64,000 nucleotides of DNA from an uncultured delta proteobacterium (lineage in GTDB: Bacteria > Myxococcota_A > Polyangia > Polyangiales > Houyiibacteriaceae). The position numbers and the translations under genes were made by a program. Of the stretch, positions 10,689 through 24,041 are shown one piece after another. The first letter of the stretch is position 1, and each line of letters opens with the position of its first letter. The DNA is taken from positions 79,292 to 143,291 of the forward strand of contig CAWBAV010000018.1 of the NCBI GenBank assembly GCA_963786865.1, read 5' to 3'. The notes beneath the pieces are model-generated. The model searched no databases and was not told the origin of the DNA. It saw only the letters and a program-made list of their open reading frames with translations.

Positions 10689-11155
10689 CCCCGGTCATCA
10701 TCATCGTGGTGCTTGTGGTCGGCTTGCTCTTGCTCTTCACGGAGATCGCCGTGATACCCGGCTTCGGAGTGGCGGGAGCCCTCGGCCTTCTCGCACTCGG
10801 GGCGGGCGCGGTGGCCGCGTGGACCGAGCTCGGCCCCTTCTGGGGTGGCATCTCCACGGGCTTTTCGGTCGTCGCCGCGGGCTTCATGCTGTTCTGGCTG
10901 CCCAAGAGCCGGCTCGGACGAATGATGGTTCTCGAGCACAGCCAGGCTGACGCCGTGTCCCAGCGGGATCAGAGCGCGCTGATCGGACGCCGGGGGATTA
11001 CCGTGACGCCGCTCCGTCCGATCGGCCGAGTCCGTTTCGGATCGAGCGAAGTCGATGTGGAAACCGAAGGTGAATACGTCGACTCCGGTCGAGAAGTAGA
11101 AGTCATGACCGTGGAAGGCCCACGCGTCGTCGTGCGCATCCCGGATGCAAACTAG
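10685..11155 (+). CDS. Short NfeD-family protein (TM region and OB fold)
   Basis: EIAVIPGFGVAG, TPLRPIG; ATGA overlap with the upstream nfeD. Confidence 0.85.
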   Translation: MTPVIIIVVLVVGLLLLFTEIAVIPGFGVAGALGLLALGAGAVAAWTELGPFWGGISTGFSVVAAGFMLFWLPKSRLGRMMVLEHSQADAVSQRDQSALIGRRGITVTPLRPIGRVRFGSSEVDVETEGEYVDSGREVEVMTVEGPRVVVRIPDAN

Positions 11156-11167
11156 GAAGGTAATCTC

Positions 11168-12154
11168 ATGCAGTTCGCCCCACTCGCCCTGATCTTTCTC
11201 CTCTTCATCGTCGTCTTCGTCTTGTTCGTCTGGCTGATACCGGTACGGCTCTGGATAGCGGCCTGGTCGAGCGGCGCCCGGGTCGGCTTCGGCGAGCTGA
11301 TCGGAATGCGGCTTCGACGCGTTTCACCTGGCGCCGTCGTCAATCCTCGAATTGCCGCGGTGAAGGCTGGGATCGACACGGAGACCAACATTCTGGAATC
11401 TCACTACCTCGCGGGCGGCAATGTCCAACGTGTCGTCAATGCTCTGATCAGCGCCGACAAAGCGGGCATCGCCCTCGGCTTTTCACAAGCGGCGGCGATC
11501 GATTTGGCGGGCCGCGATGTGCTCGAGGCCGTGCAGACCAGCGTCAATCCCCGGGTGATCACGACCCCGAAGATCACGGCTGTCGCGAAGGACGGGATCC
11601 AGCTTCTCGTCATCACGCGAATTACGGTTCGATCGAACATCGACCGCCTGGTTGGCGGCGCCACCGAGGAAACCGTGGTCGCGCGCGTCGGTGAGGGCAT
11701 CGTATCCACGATCGGTTCGTCCTTGAACTACAAGGAGGTCCTCGAGAACCCCGACACCATCTCGAAGAACGTGCTGGCGCGCGGATTGGACAGCGGGACT
11801 GCGTTCAACATCCTTTCGATCGACATCGCAGACATCGATGTTGGCACGAACATCGGCGCGAAGCTGATGACCGAGCAGGCAGAAGCCGACAAACAGGTTG
11901 CACAGGCACGCGCCGAAGGACGACGCGCCCTGGCCGTCGCATTGGAACAAGAGATGCGCGCCAAGGTCGAGGAAATGCGCGCTCACCTGGTCGAGGCCGA
12001 GGCGAAGATCCCCGAGGCGATGGCCGAAGCGTTGAAGGCGGGCAACCTCGGCGTGATGGACTACTACAACCTGCGCAACGTATCGGCCGACACCGAGATG
12101 CGTGATTCGATCAGCAAGTCCACCCGCGGCTCGAACGATGACGGCGAAATCTAA
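11168..12154 (+). CDS. floA: Flotillin-like protein FloA (YqfA / UPF0365)
   Basis: [42 protein letters not shown]. Confidence 0.93.
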   Translation: MQFAPLALIFLLFIVVFVLFVWLIPVRLWIAAWSSGARVGFGELIGMRLRRVSPGAVVNPRIAAVKAGIDTETNILESHYLAGGNVQRVVNALISADKAGIALGFSQAAAIDLAGRDVLEAVQTSVNPRVITTPKITAVAKDGIQLLVITRITVRSNIDRLVGGATEETVVARVGEGIVSTIGSSLNYKEVLENPDTISKNVLARGLDSGTAFNILSIDIADIDVGTNIGAKLMTEQAEADKQVAQARAEGRRALAVALEQEMRAKVEEMRAHLVEAEAKIPEAMAEALKAGNLGVMDYYNLRNVSADTEMRDSISKSTRGSNDDGEI

Positions 12155-12157
12155 GCC

Positions 12158-12233
12158 CTTCGCCATGAGATCTCTATTGGAGCAGCCGCGGGTCTTCGTG
12201 GCGCGTCTGATCGCGAGTGATCTCATGGCGAAG
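12158..12233. repeat. Perfect 15-bp inverted repeat (stem-loop) directly after the floA stop
   Basis: CTTCGCCATGAGATC (12158-12172) and GATCTCATGGCGAAG (12219-12233). Confidence 0.85.
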
Positions 12234-12290
12234 CGTGGGGAAGGCCCGCTCGAGCGCAAAGTGCTGGTCTACAAACGGCGAAAGCGCTGA
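12165..12290 (+). CDS. Putative 41-aa basic small protein
   Basis: MRSLLEQPRVFVARLIASDLMAKRGEGPLERKVLVYKRRKR fills the floA-to-next-gene gap (10 nt and 5 nt spacers). Confidence 0.45.
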   Translation: MRSLLEQPRVFVARLIASDLMAKRGEGPLERKVLVYKRRKR

Positions 12291-12295
12291 GGGCG

Positions 12296-13909
12296 ATGGA
12301 GGAGCTGCTCAGGGAACATCTCGGCGAGATCGCGCTTCTGGTCTACATCCTCTATCCGCTGCTCAAACGCTGGTGGGATCGGAAGAAGAAGCCGGAGCAA
12401 AATGCCGGCGCGCCCGAGCCAACGGGCGACGCACCAAGGCCGGACGAAGCCGTGCGACCGCCGACGCCAGCCCCTCATCGACCGCCGCCGAGTCCCCAGA
12501 CGGAACCAGCGGTCGCAAAGCGGCCAACGGAGGCCGACTTTCTGGAGGCTGCGCGCGCGCAGCTCCTGCGTCTCGAGGAGGCGAGCTCGGCCTTGCTGGC
12601 GCACGCCGAAAGTGAGCCGAGACTGGCGAGACTCGTCCCGGCGGTGCGCGATGATCTCCTGGGTCGGCTTCGCGAGATCGAGGCTTCGCTCAGCGTGCAC
12701 GCAACGCTGTCGAGCATCGTCCATGAGACCGCGGTGCTTCGCGGCCTCCAATCACTGCTCCGCCATTTGAAGACAATCGCACATGAGAGGACGCTCGCTG
12801 CGTCGCCCTCGCTCTTCGAGGCAGACGCCATGGCGGACGCTTGCTATGCACCGCTCATCGAGTTTGCCGTGGCACAGGGCCTCGATCTGAGGACGAGCCA
12901 GCCGCTAGTCGTCAGTGGCGACTGGAGCCTTTCAATCGTACCCGACTTCGCATCGACTCGCCTGGCTCCCCTCCGTTTGCCTCGGGCCTTCGCGCTGAGC
13001 CTATGGAGCTGGCCGGCGATCGCCCATGAGGTCGCGCACGACTTCTACTACAGCCTCAAAGGACTCGAGCCCAGCTTGCGTGCAAGGCTCGGGCTGCCGA
13101 GCAAGGTCGAGATGCCGATGTCCTCATCGGAGCTCGATGGCGCCTGGCTCCGGAGCTCGTTCGGCGCCTGGCTTCCCGAGATCGTGGCCGACACGCTCGG
13201 CACCACGAGCCTCGGCCCCGCATACGTGGAGACGATGCTCCGCGCTTTTCGAAATCCAGGCTCACCGCAGCGAACCGCCGCAATACTCCAAGACCGAAGC
13301 CTGATCGACGAGCACCCGCCCCCGCGGCTGCGCCTCTACATGGCCAGCCGTGTCCTGCATCACCTCGGACGGCACGGTGAGGCCGACGCGCTCTGGTCAC
13401 GCTGGGAGGCGGATCACGCCGAGGTGCGTTTCTACTTCCTGCCTCTCGGCGGACAATGGGTGGGACTTTCGGACGAGGCACTTCACTCGGTCGCAGACTC
13501 GGTCATCGACGCCCTGGTTCAGCGCGCCTGGCCCGAGCTCGACGGCTTCGACCTGCTCAACATTCCCGGTTTCGCGTATCAGCACGCAGAGCATGCGGAG
13601 GTCACGAGGCTGAGCGCCGACCTGGCGCGAGGAGAGCGGGTCGATGCCGACGTCCGCTGGACCATCGCCGCAGCAGTCCTGGCAGCTGCGGCGCAGCCCG
13701 AGCTTCACGATCTGATTCTGCATGCAGCGAGACGATCGATTGCTGGGTTGGCCGAACCTGCGCTCGCAGTCGTCCCCACGAAGCGTCTCCGCACCACGGC
13801 GACGATCGGGGAAATCCTGGTCAAATCCTTCAAGCAACCGGAGGCCATCGAAGAGGCGGTAATCCTGGGTGCTGCGATCAGGCCCTATAAACGACCCCGC
13901 TGGCACTGA
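12296..13909 (+). CDS. Membrane-anchored hypothetical protein with HExxH motif (putative zinc metallopeptidase)
   Basis: N-terminal TM helix, Pro-rich linker, AHEVAH, EIVAD, HPP.RLR. Confidence 0.6.
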   Translation: MEELLREHLGEIALLVYILYPLLKRWWDRKKKPEQNAGAPEPTGDAPRPDEAVRPPTPAPHRPPPSPQTEPAVAKRPTEADFLEAARAQLLRLEEASSALLAHAESEPRLARLVPAVRDDLLGRLREIEASLSVHATLSSIVHETAVLRGLQSLLRHLKTIAHERTLAASPSLFEADAMADACYAPLIEFAVAQGLDLRTSQPLVVSGDWSLSIVPDFASTRLAPLRLPRAFALSLWSWPAIAHEVAHDFYYSLKGLEPSLRARLGLPSKVEMPMSSSELDGAWLRSSFGAWLPEIVADTLGTTSLGPAYVETMLRAFRNPGSPQRTAAILQDRSLIDEHPPPRLRLYMASRVLHHLGRHGEADALWSRWEADHAEVRFYFLPLGGQWVGLSDEALHSVADSVIDALVQRAWPELDGFDLLNIPGFAYQHAEHAEVTRLSADLARGERVDADVRWTIAAAVLAAAAQPELHDLILHAARRSIAGLAEPALAVVPTKRLRTTATIGEILVKSFKQPEAIEEAVILGAAIRPYKRPRWH

Positions 13910-13947
13910 CACTGTCGATCCGGCTGCCCCGGTGCTAGACGTACGCA

Positions 13948-18219
<4,272 letters not shown>

Positions 18220-18281
18220 GCCTTCGGATCGCTGGCCCCAACACGGTCGCTGGCAACGGCGGTCGTGCTGGCGCCGAAACG

Positions 18282-18623
18282 ATGCACGCTAGGTCGATCG
18301 TGGCCTGTCTCCTGATCGCGGCGCTCGCGGCATGCTCGACGGAAGACGCCTCCGGTGCAGCGGGAGAAGCCGGATCGGGCGGTGGCGGGGCTGGGATGGG
18401 TGGCTCCGGCCCTTGCGCGAATGATCAGATCGCGGTGCAGCAGCTGATTTCGACCGAGATCGAGTGCGACCTCAATGCCGCCGCGACTCAGTGCGCGGAG
18501 GAGTGCGACGTCCGATGCGCGGTAAACGAGTTCGACCTGGGCGTTCGTGGATCGGGCTGTGCCATGGAAGTCGACGGGACGGCCTATTGTCGCTGCCTTT
18601 GCGCTTATTGCCGGGCTCGCTAG
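18282..18623 (+). CDS. Small Cys-rich lipoprotein
   Basis: Lipobox LAAC, Gly-rich linker, Cys-rich domain ending YCRCLCAYC. Confidence 0.6.
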   Translation: MHARSIVACLLIAALAACSTEDASGAAGEAGSGGGGAGMGGSGPCANDQIAVQQLISTEIECDLNAAATQCAEECDVRCAVNEFDLGVRGSGCAMEVDGTAYCRCLCAYCRAR

Positions 18624-18661
18624 TTGTCTGTTTCGACCGCGGTGGTATGAGCGCATTATAG

Positions 18662-19867
18662 ATGACCGATTTGCTCGACAAGTGCTTCTCCGAGGCGACG
18701 ATCAAGAGCCTCACCCTGCGCAACCGGCTCATCAAAGCCGCCACGTTCGAGGGAAAGTCACCCGGTGGGATCCCAGGCGATGCGTTGGTGCGTTTTCACG
18801 AACGGATCGGCGAGGGCGGCGTAGGCATGACCACCATCGCGTACTGCGCCGCGGAGTCGGACGGGCGAATCCACGAGCACATGATGTACATGCACGAAGG
18901 CATTCGCCCCGAGCTCGAGCGATTCGTCCGAACCGTGCAGGCTACGGGCGCCAAAGTGTCAGGGCAGCTCGGTCACTGCGGAGCCTTCACCAAGAACCTC
19001 GAGTTCAGCGGCAAACGTCCGCTCGGTCCTTCCAAGGGCACGAACGCTCTCGGGCTCGCGTACGGGCTCGCACGAATAGCGGAAATGACCAAGACGCAAA
19101 TTCGGGAGCGCGTTCAGGTGATCGGCCGTGCCGCCGCGTTCATGAAATCGGTGGGGTTCGATGCGATCGAAATCCATTTCGGCCACGGCTACGGCATCAG
19201 CCAGTTCATCAGCCCGAAGACCAACAAGCGGAAGGACGAGTACGGCGGGAGTCTCCAGAATCGTATGCGATTCGCGCTCGAAGTGCTGGCTGAAGTCCGT
19301 GCGAGCGTCGGCGACGAATACCCCCTGCTCGGCAAGATCAGCATGACGGACGGAGTGCCGGGCGGGGTCACCTACGACGACTCCGTCGAGATCGCCGCGA
19401 TGCTCGAAGCCGGTGGGCTCGATGTGATCATCTGCAGCGGTGGCACCAGCAGCATGAACCCGATGCTGCTCTTTCGCGGAGACAGCATGGCTCCGGGTTT
19501 GATCAAGCACGAGAAGAATCGCCTCATGAAGATCGGCATTCGGCTCGCTGCACCGTTGATGTTCAAGGACTATCCTTACGAAGAGACGTACTTCCTAGAG
19601 CAGGCGCAGCGGATTCGTGACCGAGTACGATGCGGTGTCTGCTACATCGGTGGGGTCTGCACGACCGCGAGCATCCGCACCGTGATGGGGGCGGGGTTCG
19701 ACTTCATTCAGCTCGGCCGGGCGTTGATCTACGATCCGGATTTTCCGAAGCGCGCCCAAGCCGACGCCAACCACAAGAACGGCTGCAATCACTGCAACCA
19801 ATGTGCCACGCTCATCGAGGCTCCGGGCGGCATCTACTGCGTGGAGCGCCCCGCCAACTTTGCTTGA
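18662..19867 (+). CDS. NADH:flavin oxidoreductase (Old Yellow Enzyme family)
   Basis: LRNRLIKAAT, EIHFGHGY, RKDEYGGSLQNRMR, C-terminal CNHCNQC. Confidence 0.9.
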   Translation: MTDLLDKCFSEATIKSLTLRNRLIKAATFEGKSPGGIPGDALVRFHERIGEGGVGMTTIAYCAAESDGRIHEHMMYMHEGIRPELERFVRTVQATGAKVSGQLGHCGAFTKNLEFSGKRPLGPSKGTNALGLAYGLARIAEMTKTQIRERVQVIGRAAAFMKSVGFDAIEIHFGHGYGISQFISPKTNKRKDEYGGSLQNRMRFALEVLAEVRASVGDEYPLLGKISMTDGVPGGVTYDDSVEIAAMLEAGGLDVIICSGGTSSMNPMLLFRGDSMAPGLIKHEKNRLMKIGIRLAAPLMFKDYPYEETYFLEQAQRIRDRVRCGVCYIGGVCTTASIRTVMGAGFDFIQLGRALIYDPDFPKRAQADANHKNGCNHCNQCATLIEAPGGIYCVERPANFA

Positions 19868-19876
19868 GGTCAGGGC

Positions 19877-20650
19877 ATGTCGGGATTGAAAGTCACGCAC
19901 GAAGAAGGGATCACGCGCATCGTGCTCGATCGGCCGAGCGTGCTCAACGCGCTCTCGCCGAGCCTCTTGACTGGGCTCATAGAGCTCTGCGCTGATCTCG
20001 GAAAGCGGGATTCGGTGCGCGTCGTGGTGCTGGAAGGCGCCGGAACGTGTTTCTCGGCAGGGGCCGACTTACCCGCATTCCTCTCACTGCTGAACGGTCC
20101 GGACGCGCGGGCGACGGCCGACTTGGGGCGCCGTGCAACCAATGCGATCGCGGAGCTACCTCAGATCACGATCGCCGCTGTTCACGGACACTGTGTAGGA
20201 GGTGGATTGGTCCTCGCCGGCGCTTGCGACATTCGGATCGCGAGCGACGACGCTCGATTCGCCATTCCCGAGCTGGACGCGGGAATTCCGCTTGGCTGGG
20301 GAGGCATGGGCCATCTGGTTCGGCTCGTCGGTACGACCCTCGCCGCCGACCTCGTGCTGAGCTGTCGCACGTTTGGGGCAGAGGAAGCGCTTCGCGGAGG
20401 CTTGATCAGCCGAATCGTACCGGTGGACGGTTTGAACGAGGCGATCTCCGAGCTTGCGGCTCGCATTGCTCGCAAGCCTCTCAGTGTCCTTCGGATCACC
20501 AAGGGGCAGCTCTCGGAAATCCGCGCCGGCGAATTCGATCCAGGCCGGGACGCCGACGCCCTCCTCACTGCGCTGAAGGATCCGGAGGCGCTAGAAGCGG
20601 GTCAGAGGTACTTCGCAACGCGTCTCCGAAAACCAAGCGGAGCCCGATGA
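19877..20650 (+). CDS. Enoyl-CoA hydratase/isomerase family protein
   Basis: FSAGADL, GHCVGGG, ACDIRIA, PE. Confidence 0.9.
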   Translation: MSGLKVTHEEGITRIVLDRPSVLNALSPSLLTGLIELCADLGKRDSVRVVVLEGAGTCFSAGADLPAFLSLLNGPDARATADLGRRATNAIAELPQITIAAVHGHCVGGGLVLAGACDIRIASDDARFAIPELDAGIPLGWGGMGHLVRLVGTTLAADLVLSCRTFGAEEALRGGLISRIVPVDGLNEAISELAARIARKPLSVLRITKGQLSEIRAGEFDPGRDADALLTALKDPEALEAGQRYFATRLRKPSGAR

Positions 20651-20695
20651 GAATCCCACCCGCCGTGAAAAGGCCTGCTAGGCTCGCTGCGGTTC

Positions 20696-21445
20696 ATGAC
20701 TAGCTCAGCTCAGAACCTCACGACCGTTCGCTACAGGATTCGCGGCATCGAGCTCGATGCGACGGGCTCCGTTTCTCCCGGCTGGCTCTCCCGTGTCCTC
20801 GAGCACATCCGCTGGGAGGTCTTCGCAAAGGATGATTTCGTCCTCCGCAATCGCATGGAGGGCGGCGTCGCACGTGCCGGGGTATTCGAATACGGCGCAC
20901 CCCTCGTTTATCAAGACGAGCTCGAGATCGCGACCTGGGTTGCCCGCGCCGGCCGCACCAGCTTGGACTTTGGGCATAGGGTGGTGCGCCTGCGCGATGG
21001 AGCCATCGCCGCACGCGCCCGAATGACGGTCGTCAACCTCGGGCCAAGCGGCCCCGCGCCTATCGACCCCGTCGTGTCGAGCTTCGTCCTCGATGAAGCC
21101 GCGCCCCCGGTTCGGCCGTGGCCCGAGGGACCGCGCGTGCATCCGTGGAAGCGGCAATGGCTCGTGCGGCCGAGCGACCAAGACAGCTTTGGGCACGTCA
21201 ATCAAGCACGCTATGTCGACTACATCGACGACACGCGCTGGTTTGCGACCAAAGCGGGAGCGCCCGCCGGATTGGAAGGGCGTCTAGGGGGCTTGTCGGT
21301 CGAGTACATACGGGAAACGCATGCCGGTGAGCAGGTCCAGATGGAGACTTGGGTGACCGGCGCTCATAGCCGCGCGTACGAGCTCAGTCGGCAACCGGGC
21401 GGCGAAGTGCTGGCCCGAGGCCAGGTCACGCAGCGGGAACACTAA
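20696..21445 (+). CDS. Double-hotdog acyl-CoA/ACP thioesterase
   Basis: Two hotdog repeats; second has DQDSFGHVNQARY. Confidence 0.8.
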   Translation: MTSSAQNLTTVRYRIRGIELDATGSVSPGWLSRVLEHIRWEVFAKDDFVLRNRMEGGVARAGVFEYGAPLVYQDELEIATWVARAGRTSLDFGHRVVRLRDGAIAARARMTVVNLGPSGPAPIDPVVSSFVLDEAAPPVRPWPEGPRVHPWKRQWLVRPSDQDSFGHVNQARYVDYIDDTRWFATKAGAPAGLEGRLGGLSVEYIRETHAGEQVQMETWVTGAHSRAYELSRQPGGEVLARGQVTQREH

Positions 21446-21465
21446 AGATTCGCGCCCGAGGGCCA

Positions 21466-22650
21466 ATGGGTCTATTCTCGGTGGCGATGTTTCCCTCGCC
21501 TGGTGGCGCGTACCCTCCGCCAGAAGAGCTTTTCGCGGGCCGCTACGCGGTGGACGGCGCATTGCCCTGGGGAGGTCTTGCCTCTTACTACCGCGGATCC
21601 TCGGAAGGGACCCCGCTCATCCTGAGCGTGATCCCCATGGATGTGAGCCAATCCAGGCACGCGGAAGCGGCGTTCGCACACCTGGCACATGGCCTCGGCT
21701 CGATCCGCTCGCGCGCTCTTTCGCGGATCTTGGATGCCGGCGTGATCGACGGAGTTCCCTATCTGGCCTTCCAGGACACTCGCGGCACGCTTCTCTCCGA
21801 TGTCCTTCGAGATCGCTCGCTGAGCTCCTTGACCGTGCTTCGGATCGCAAGCGACGTGCTCGATGCCCTCGGTCAAGCGCACTCCCAGGCATTGATGCAT
21901 GGCGACCTCACACCCGAAAACATCATCGTCACTCGAAATCGAAGCGGTAAGCTAGGCGCACGCGTCATCGGCATGGGTGTCTTGCCATTGATTCGAGCCA
22001 ACCCGGAGGCAAGCCCCTATACCGCCCATACGGGGTCCGGAAAGCACGCAGTCGCATACATGGCCCCCGAGCTCTTCGGGGGTGGGGACTTCGGAGCCTC
22101 GGCCGACCTCTACTCCGTGGGAGCGCTGTTACACCACATGGTGATCGGATCTCCACGGATCGGCTGGGAAACCGAAGAGGGGTTTGACGACATCCCCGGA
22201 CTGCCCGTTGTGATCAGGCGCGCCATGGCTCGACGTCCCGAACAACGATTCCCGAATGCAGGGGCCATGCTGGCTGCCCTCGAGTGGCTCGAAGTCGAGT
22301 CCGCCAAGCAGAACCCGCAGACTCAAGACATCGCCCCCTGGATGGAGACCTCGCACGTCGGCTCCGTGCCCGTTGCGTCGCTGGCTTCGAGCTTGCCGCC
22401 GGTGTACCTCGGCAGCAGCCACCCGCCCGGAAAGATCCTCAGTACGTCGGGCGCACGACCCATTCCCATCGAGCCGATCGTGATCGAAGCGCTCGATGAC
22501 GAGAGCAAGCGACACTGGTTGCGGATCGTCCTGCTGCTGGTCTTGTTGGGCACGCTCGTGTTCGCGGCGTACTGGTGGAAGTTTCCAATTCGTGCGACGG
22601 ATCCGGCGGCATCCATGAAGCCAGATCTGAGTGCGGAACATGCCGAGTAG
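21466..22650 (+). CDS. Ser/Thr kinase-fold membrane protein, probable pseudokinase
   Basis: HGDLTPENI, YMAPE, ADLYSVG present; VAxK Lys and DFG absent; C-terminal TM helix; start may be ATG 21487. Confidence 0.75.
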   Translation: MGLFSVAMFPSPGGAYPPPEELFAGRYAVDGALPWGGLASYYRGSSEGTPLILSVIPMDVSQSRHAEAAFAHLAHGLGSIRSRALSRILDAGVIDGVPYLAFQDTRGTLLSDVLRDRSLSSLTVLRIASDVLDALGQAHSQALMHGDLTPENIIVTRNRSGKLGARVIGMGVLPLIRANPEASPYTAHTGSGKHAVAYMAPELFGGGDFGASADLYSVGALLHHMVIGSPRIGWETEEGFDDIPGLPVVIRRAMARRPEQRFPNAGAMLAALEWLEVESAKQNPQTQDIAPWMETSHVGSVPVASLASSLPPVYLGSSHPPGKILSTSGARPIPIEPIVIEALDDESKRHWLRIVLLLVLLGTLVFAAYWWKFPIRATDPAASMKPDLSAEHAE

Positions 22651-23209
22651 CGAACGAGGCTCGGAGCCGAGCGACGAAGAGCTGATGGAAGCCTACGTCG
22701 ACGGGGACGACGCCGCGTTTCGCGCCCTGTTCGCAAGGTACGCGCCGATCCTTCTCCGGCTCACGCGACGTCATCTGCGCGATGAAGGACTCGCTGAGGA
22801 AATCGTACAGCAGACCTTCTTCCGGCTTCACGGGGCACGAAACGACTTCCGACCTGGATCGAAGCTCCGCCCCTGGATCATGACCATCGCCATGAACCTA
22901 GTCAGGGAGCATTGGCGACGGACGAAACGGCGAAAGATGACCAGCCTCGAGGTCGACGCCCATGCCGCGCCCGAGGCCGACTTCATGCCGCTCGAGCTTC
23001 GCCAACGCGCGGAGCTGCTCCACGTGGCGCTCGAAAAGCTGCCCACGAGCCAGCGCGAGGTGGTCGAGCTCCATTGGTTCCAGGAGCGCCCATACGCGGA
23101 GGTAGCCCAGATCATTGGAACTTCCGAGGGGGCTGTGCGTGTTCGCGCACATCGAGCGTATGAGACTCTGAAACAATTACTCGTCTTGGAAATACGTGGT
23201 GATGAATGA
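22640..23209 (+). CDS. ECF sigma factor
   Basis: SDEELM...AFRALFARY, WIMTIAMN, LPTSQREVVEL, SEGAVRVRAHRA. Confidence 0.92.
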   Translation: MPSSERGSEPSDEELMEAYVDGDDAAFRALFARYAPILLRLTRRHLRDEGLAEEIVQQTFFRLHGARNDFRPGSKLRPWIMTIAMNLVREHWRRTKRRKMTSLEVDAHAAPEADFMPLELRQRAELLHVALEKLPTSQREVVELHWFQERPYAEVAQIIGTSEGAVRVRAHRAYETLKQLLVLEIRGDE

Positions 23210-23928
23210 CTAGTGGCCACAACACGCCGGAGCACGACCTGGCCGACCGCCTACGCGAGCTCAATGACGCGGACACGCCTGCGCGCAGCGAGCGAATGGA
23301 AGACTTGTTTGCCGTGCTCAAGGCGGAGTGCGAAAAGAGTGATCGGACGGTGGCGGGCTTTCTTCGAAGCCGGTCCACGATGGCACGGCGACTGATCGTC
23401 CTCGCTGTATTCTCGGCGCTCGCGATCGCGGGTTGGTACTTGTTTCCACTCGTTGGTGATCACGCCCGAACGATCCAGTGGACGACTAGCCTGGTGACGT
23501 TCTGCGCCTTGCTGCTGGTTGCGATGTTGATGGTCACCCGCCCGGTTCATCTGCCCGAGCTTCCGCGTTGGCAGGCGCTCTTCGTGGTGTGCGTGGCGAT
23601 CGGCGCGACCGTTCTGGCGGCCTTCTGGCCGTACCCCGCCGCGCAGGCTGCCACGCACGAGCATGGCGGCGGCGTGATGGCGGGCGTCTGCATGGGAGTC
23701 GGGCTCCTGCTCGGCGTTCCCGTCTATGCCTTGCTCAGACTCGTCGACCGGGGCAACGCGTTTGGAAGCCTCGTCGCGGCTGCGGCCGCCGGCCTCGCGG
23801 GGAACTTCGTGCTGAAGGCGCACTGCTCGGTGCCGGGAACCTCACACGAGCTGCTCGGGCATGCATCGGTAGCCGTGCTGTTCGTCTTGGGTTTGGGCCT
23901 GGTTCATCGCTGGATGCCCGCGCGCTGA
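23206..23928 (+). CDS. Membrane anti-sigma factor, NrsF/DUF1109-like
   Basis: About six TM helices, Cys in GVCM, LKAHC...HELLGH; ATGA-coupled to the ECF gene. Confidence 0.7.
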   Translation: MTSGHNTPEHDLADRLRELNDADTPARSERMEDLFAVLKAECEKSDRTVAGFLRSRSTMARRLIVLAVFSALAIAGWYLFPLVGDHARTIQWTTSLVTFCALLLVAMLMVTRPVHLPELPRWQALFVVCVAIGATVLAAFWPYPAAQAATHEHGGGVMAGVCMGVGLLLGVPVYALLRLVDRGNAFGSLVAAAAAGLAGNFVLKAHCSVPGTSHELLGHASVAVLFVLGLGLVHRWMPAR

Positions 23929-24041
23929 CGAGCGATTCTGGCTGAGCGTTTTCGTCGCCGATGGGCCGCCTGCGCTGGACCAGGAACCCTCCGCCCAAGA
24001 GCGAAAAAAAGGAGTATGCTTCCGGCCGCCGAGGAGGAATC

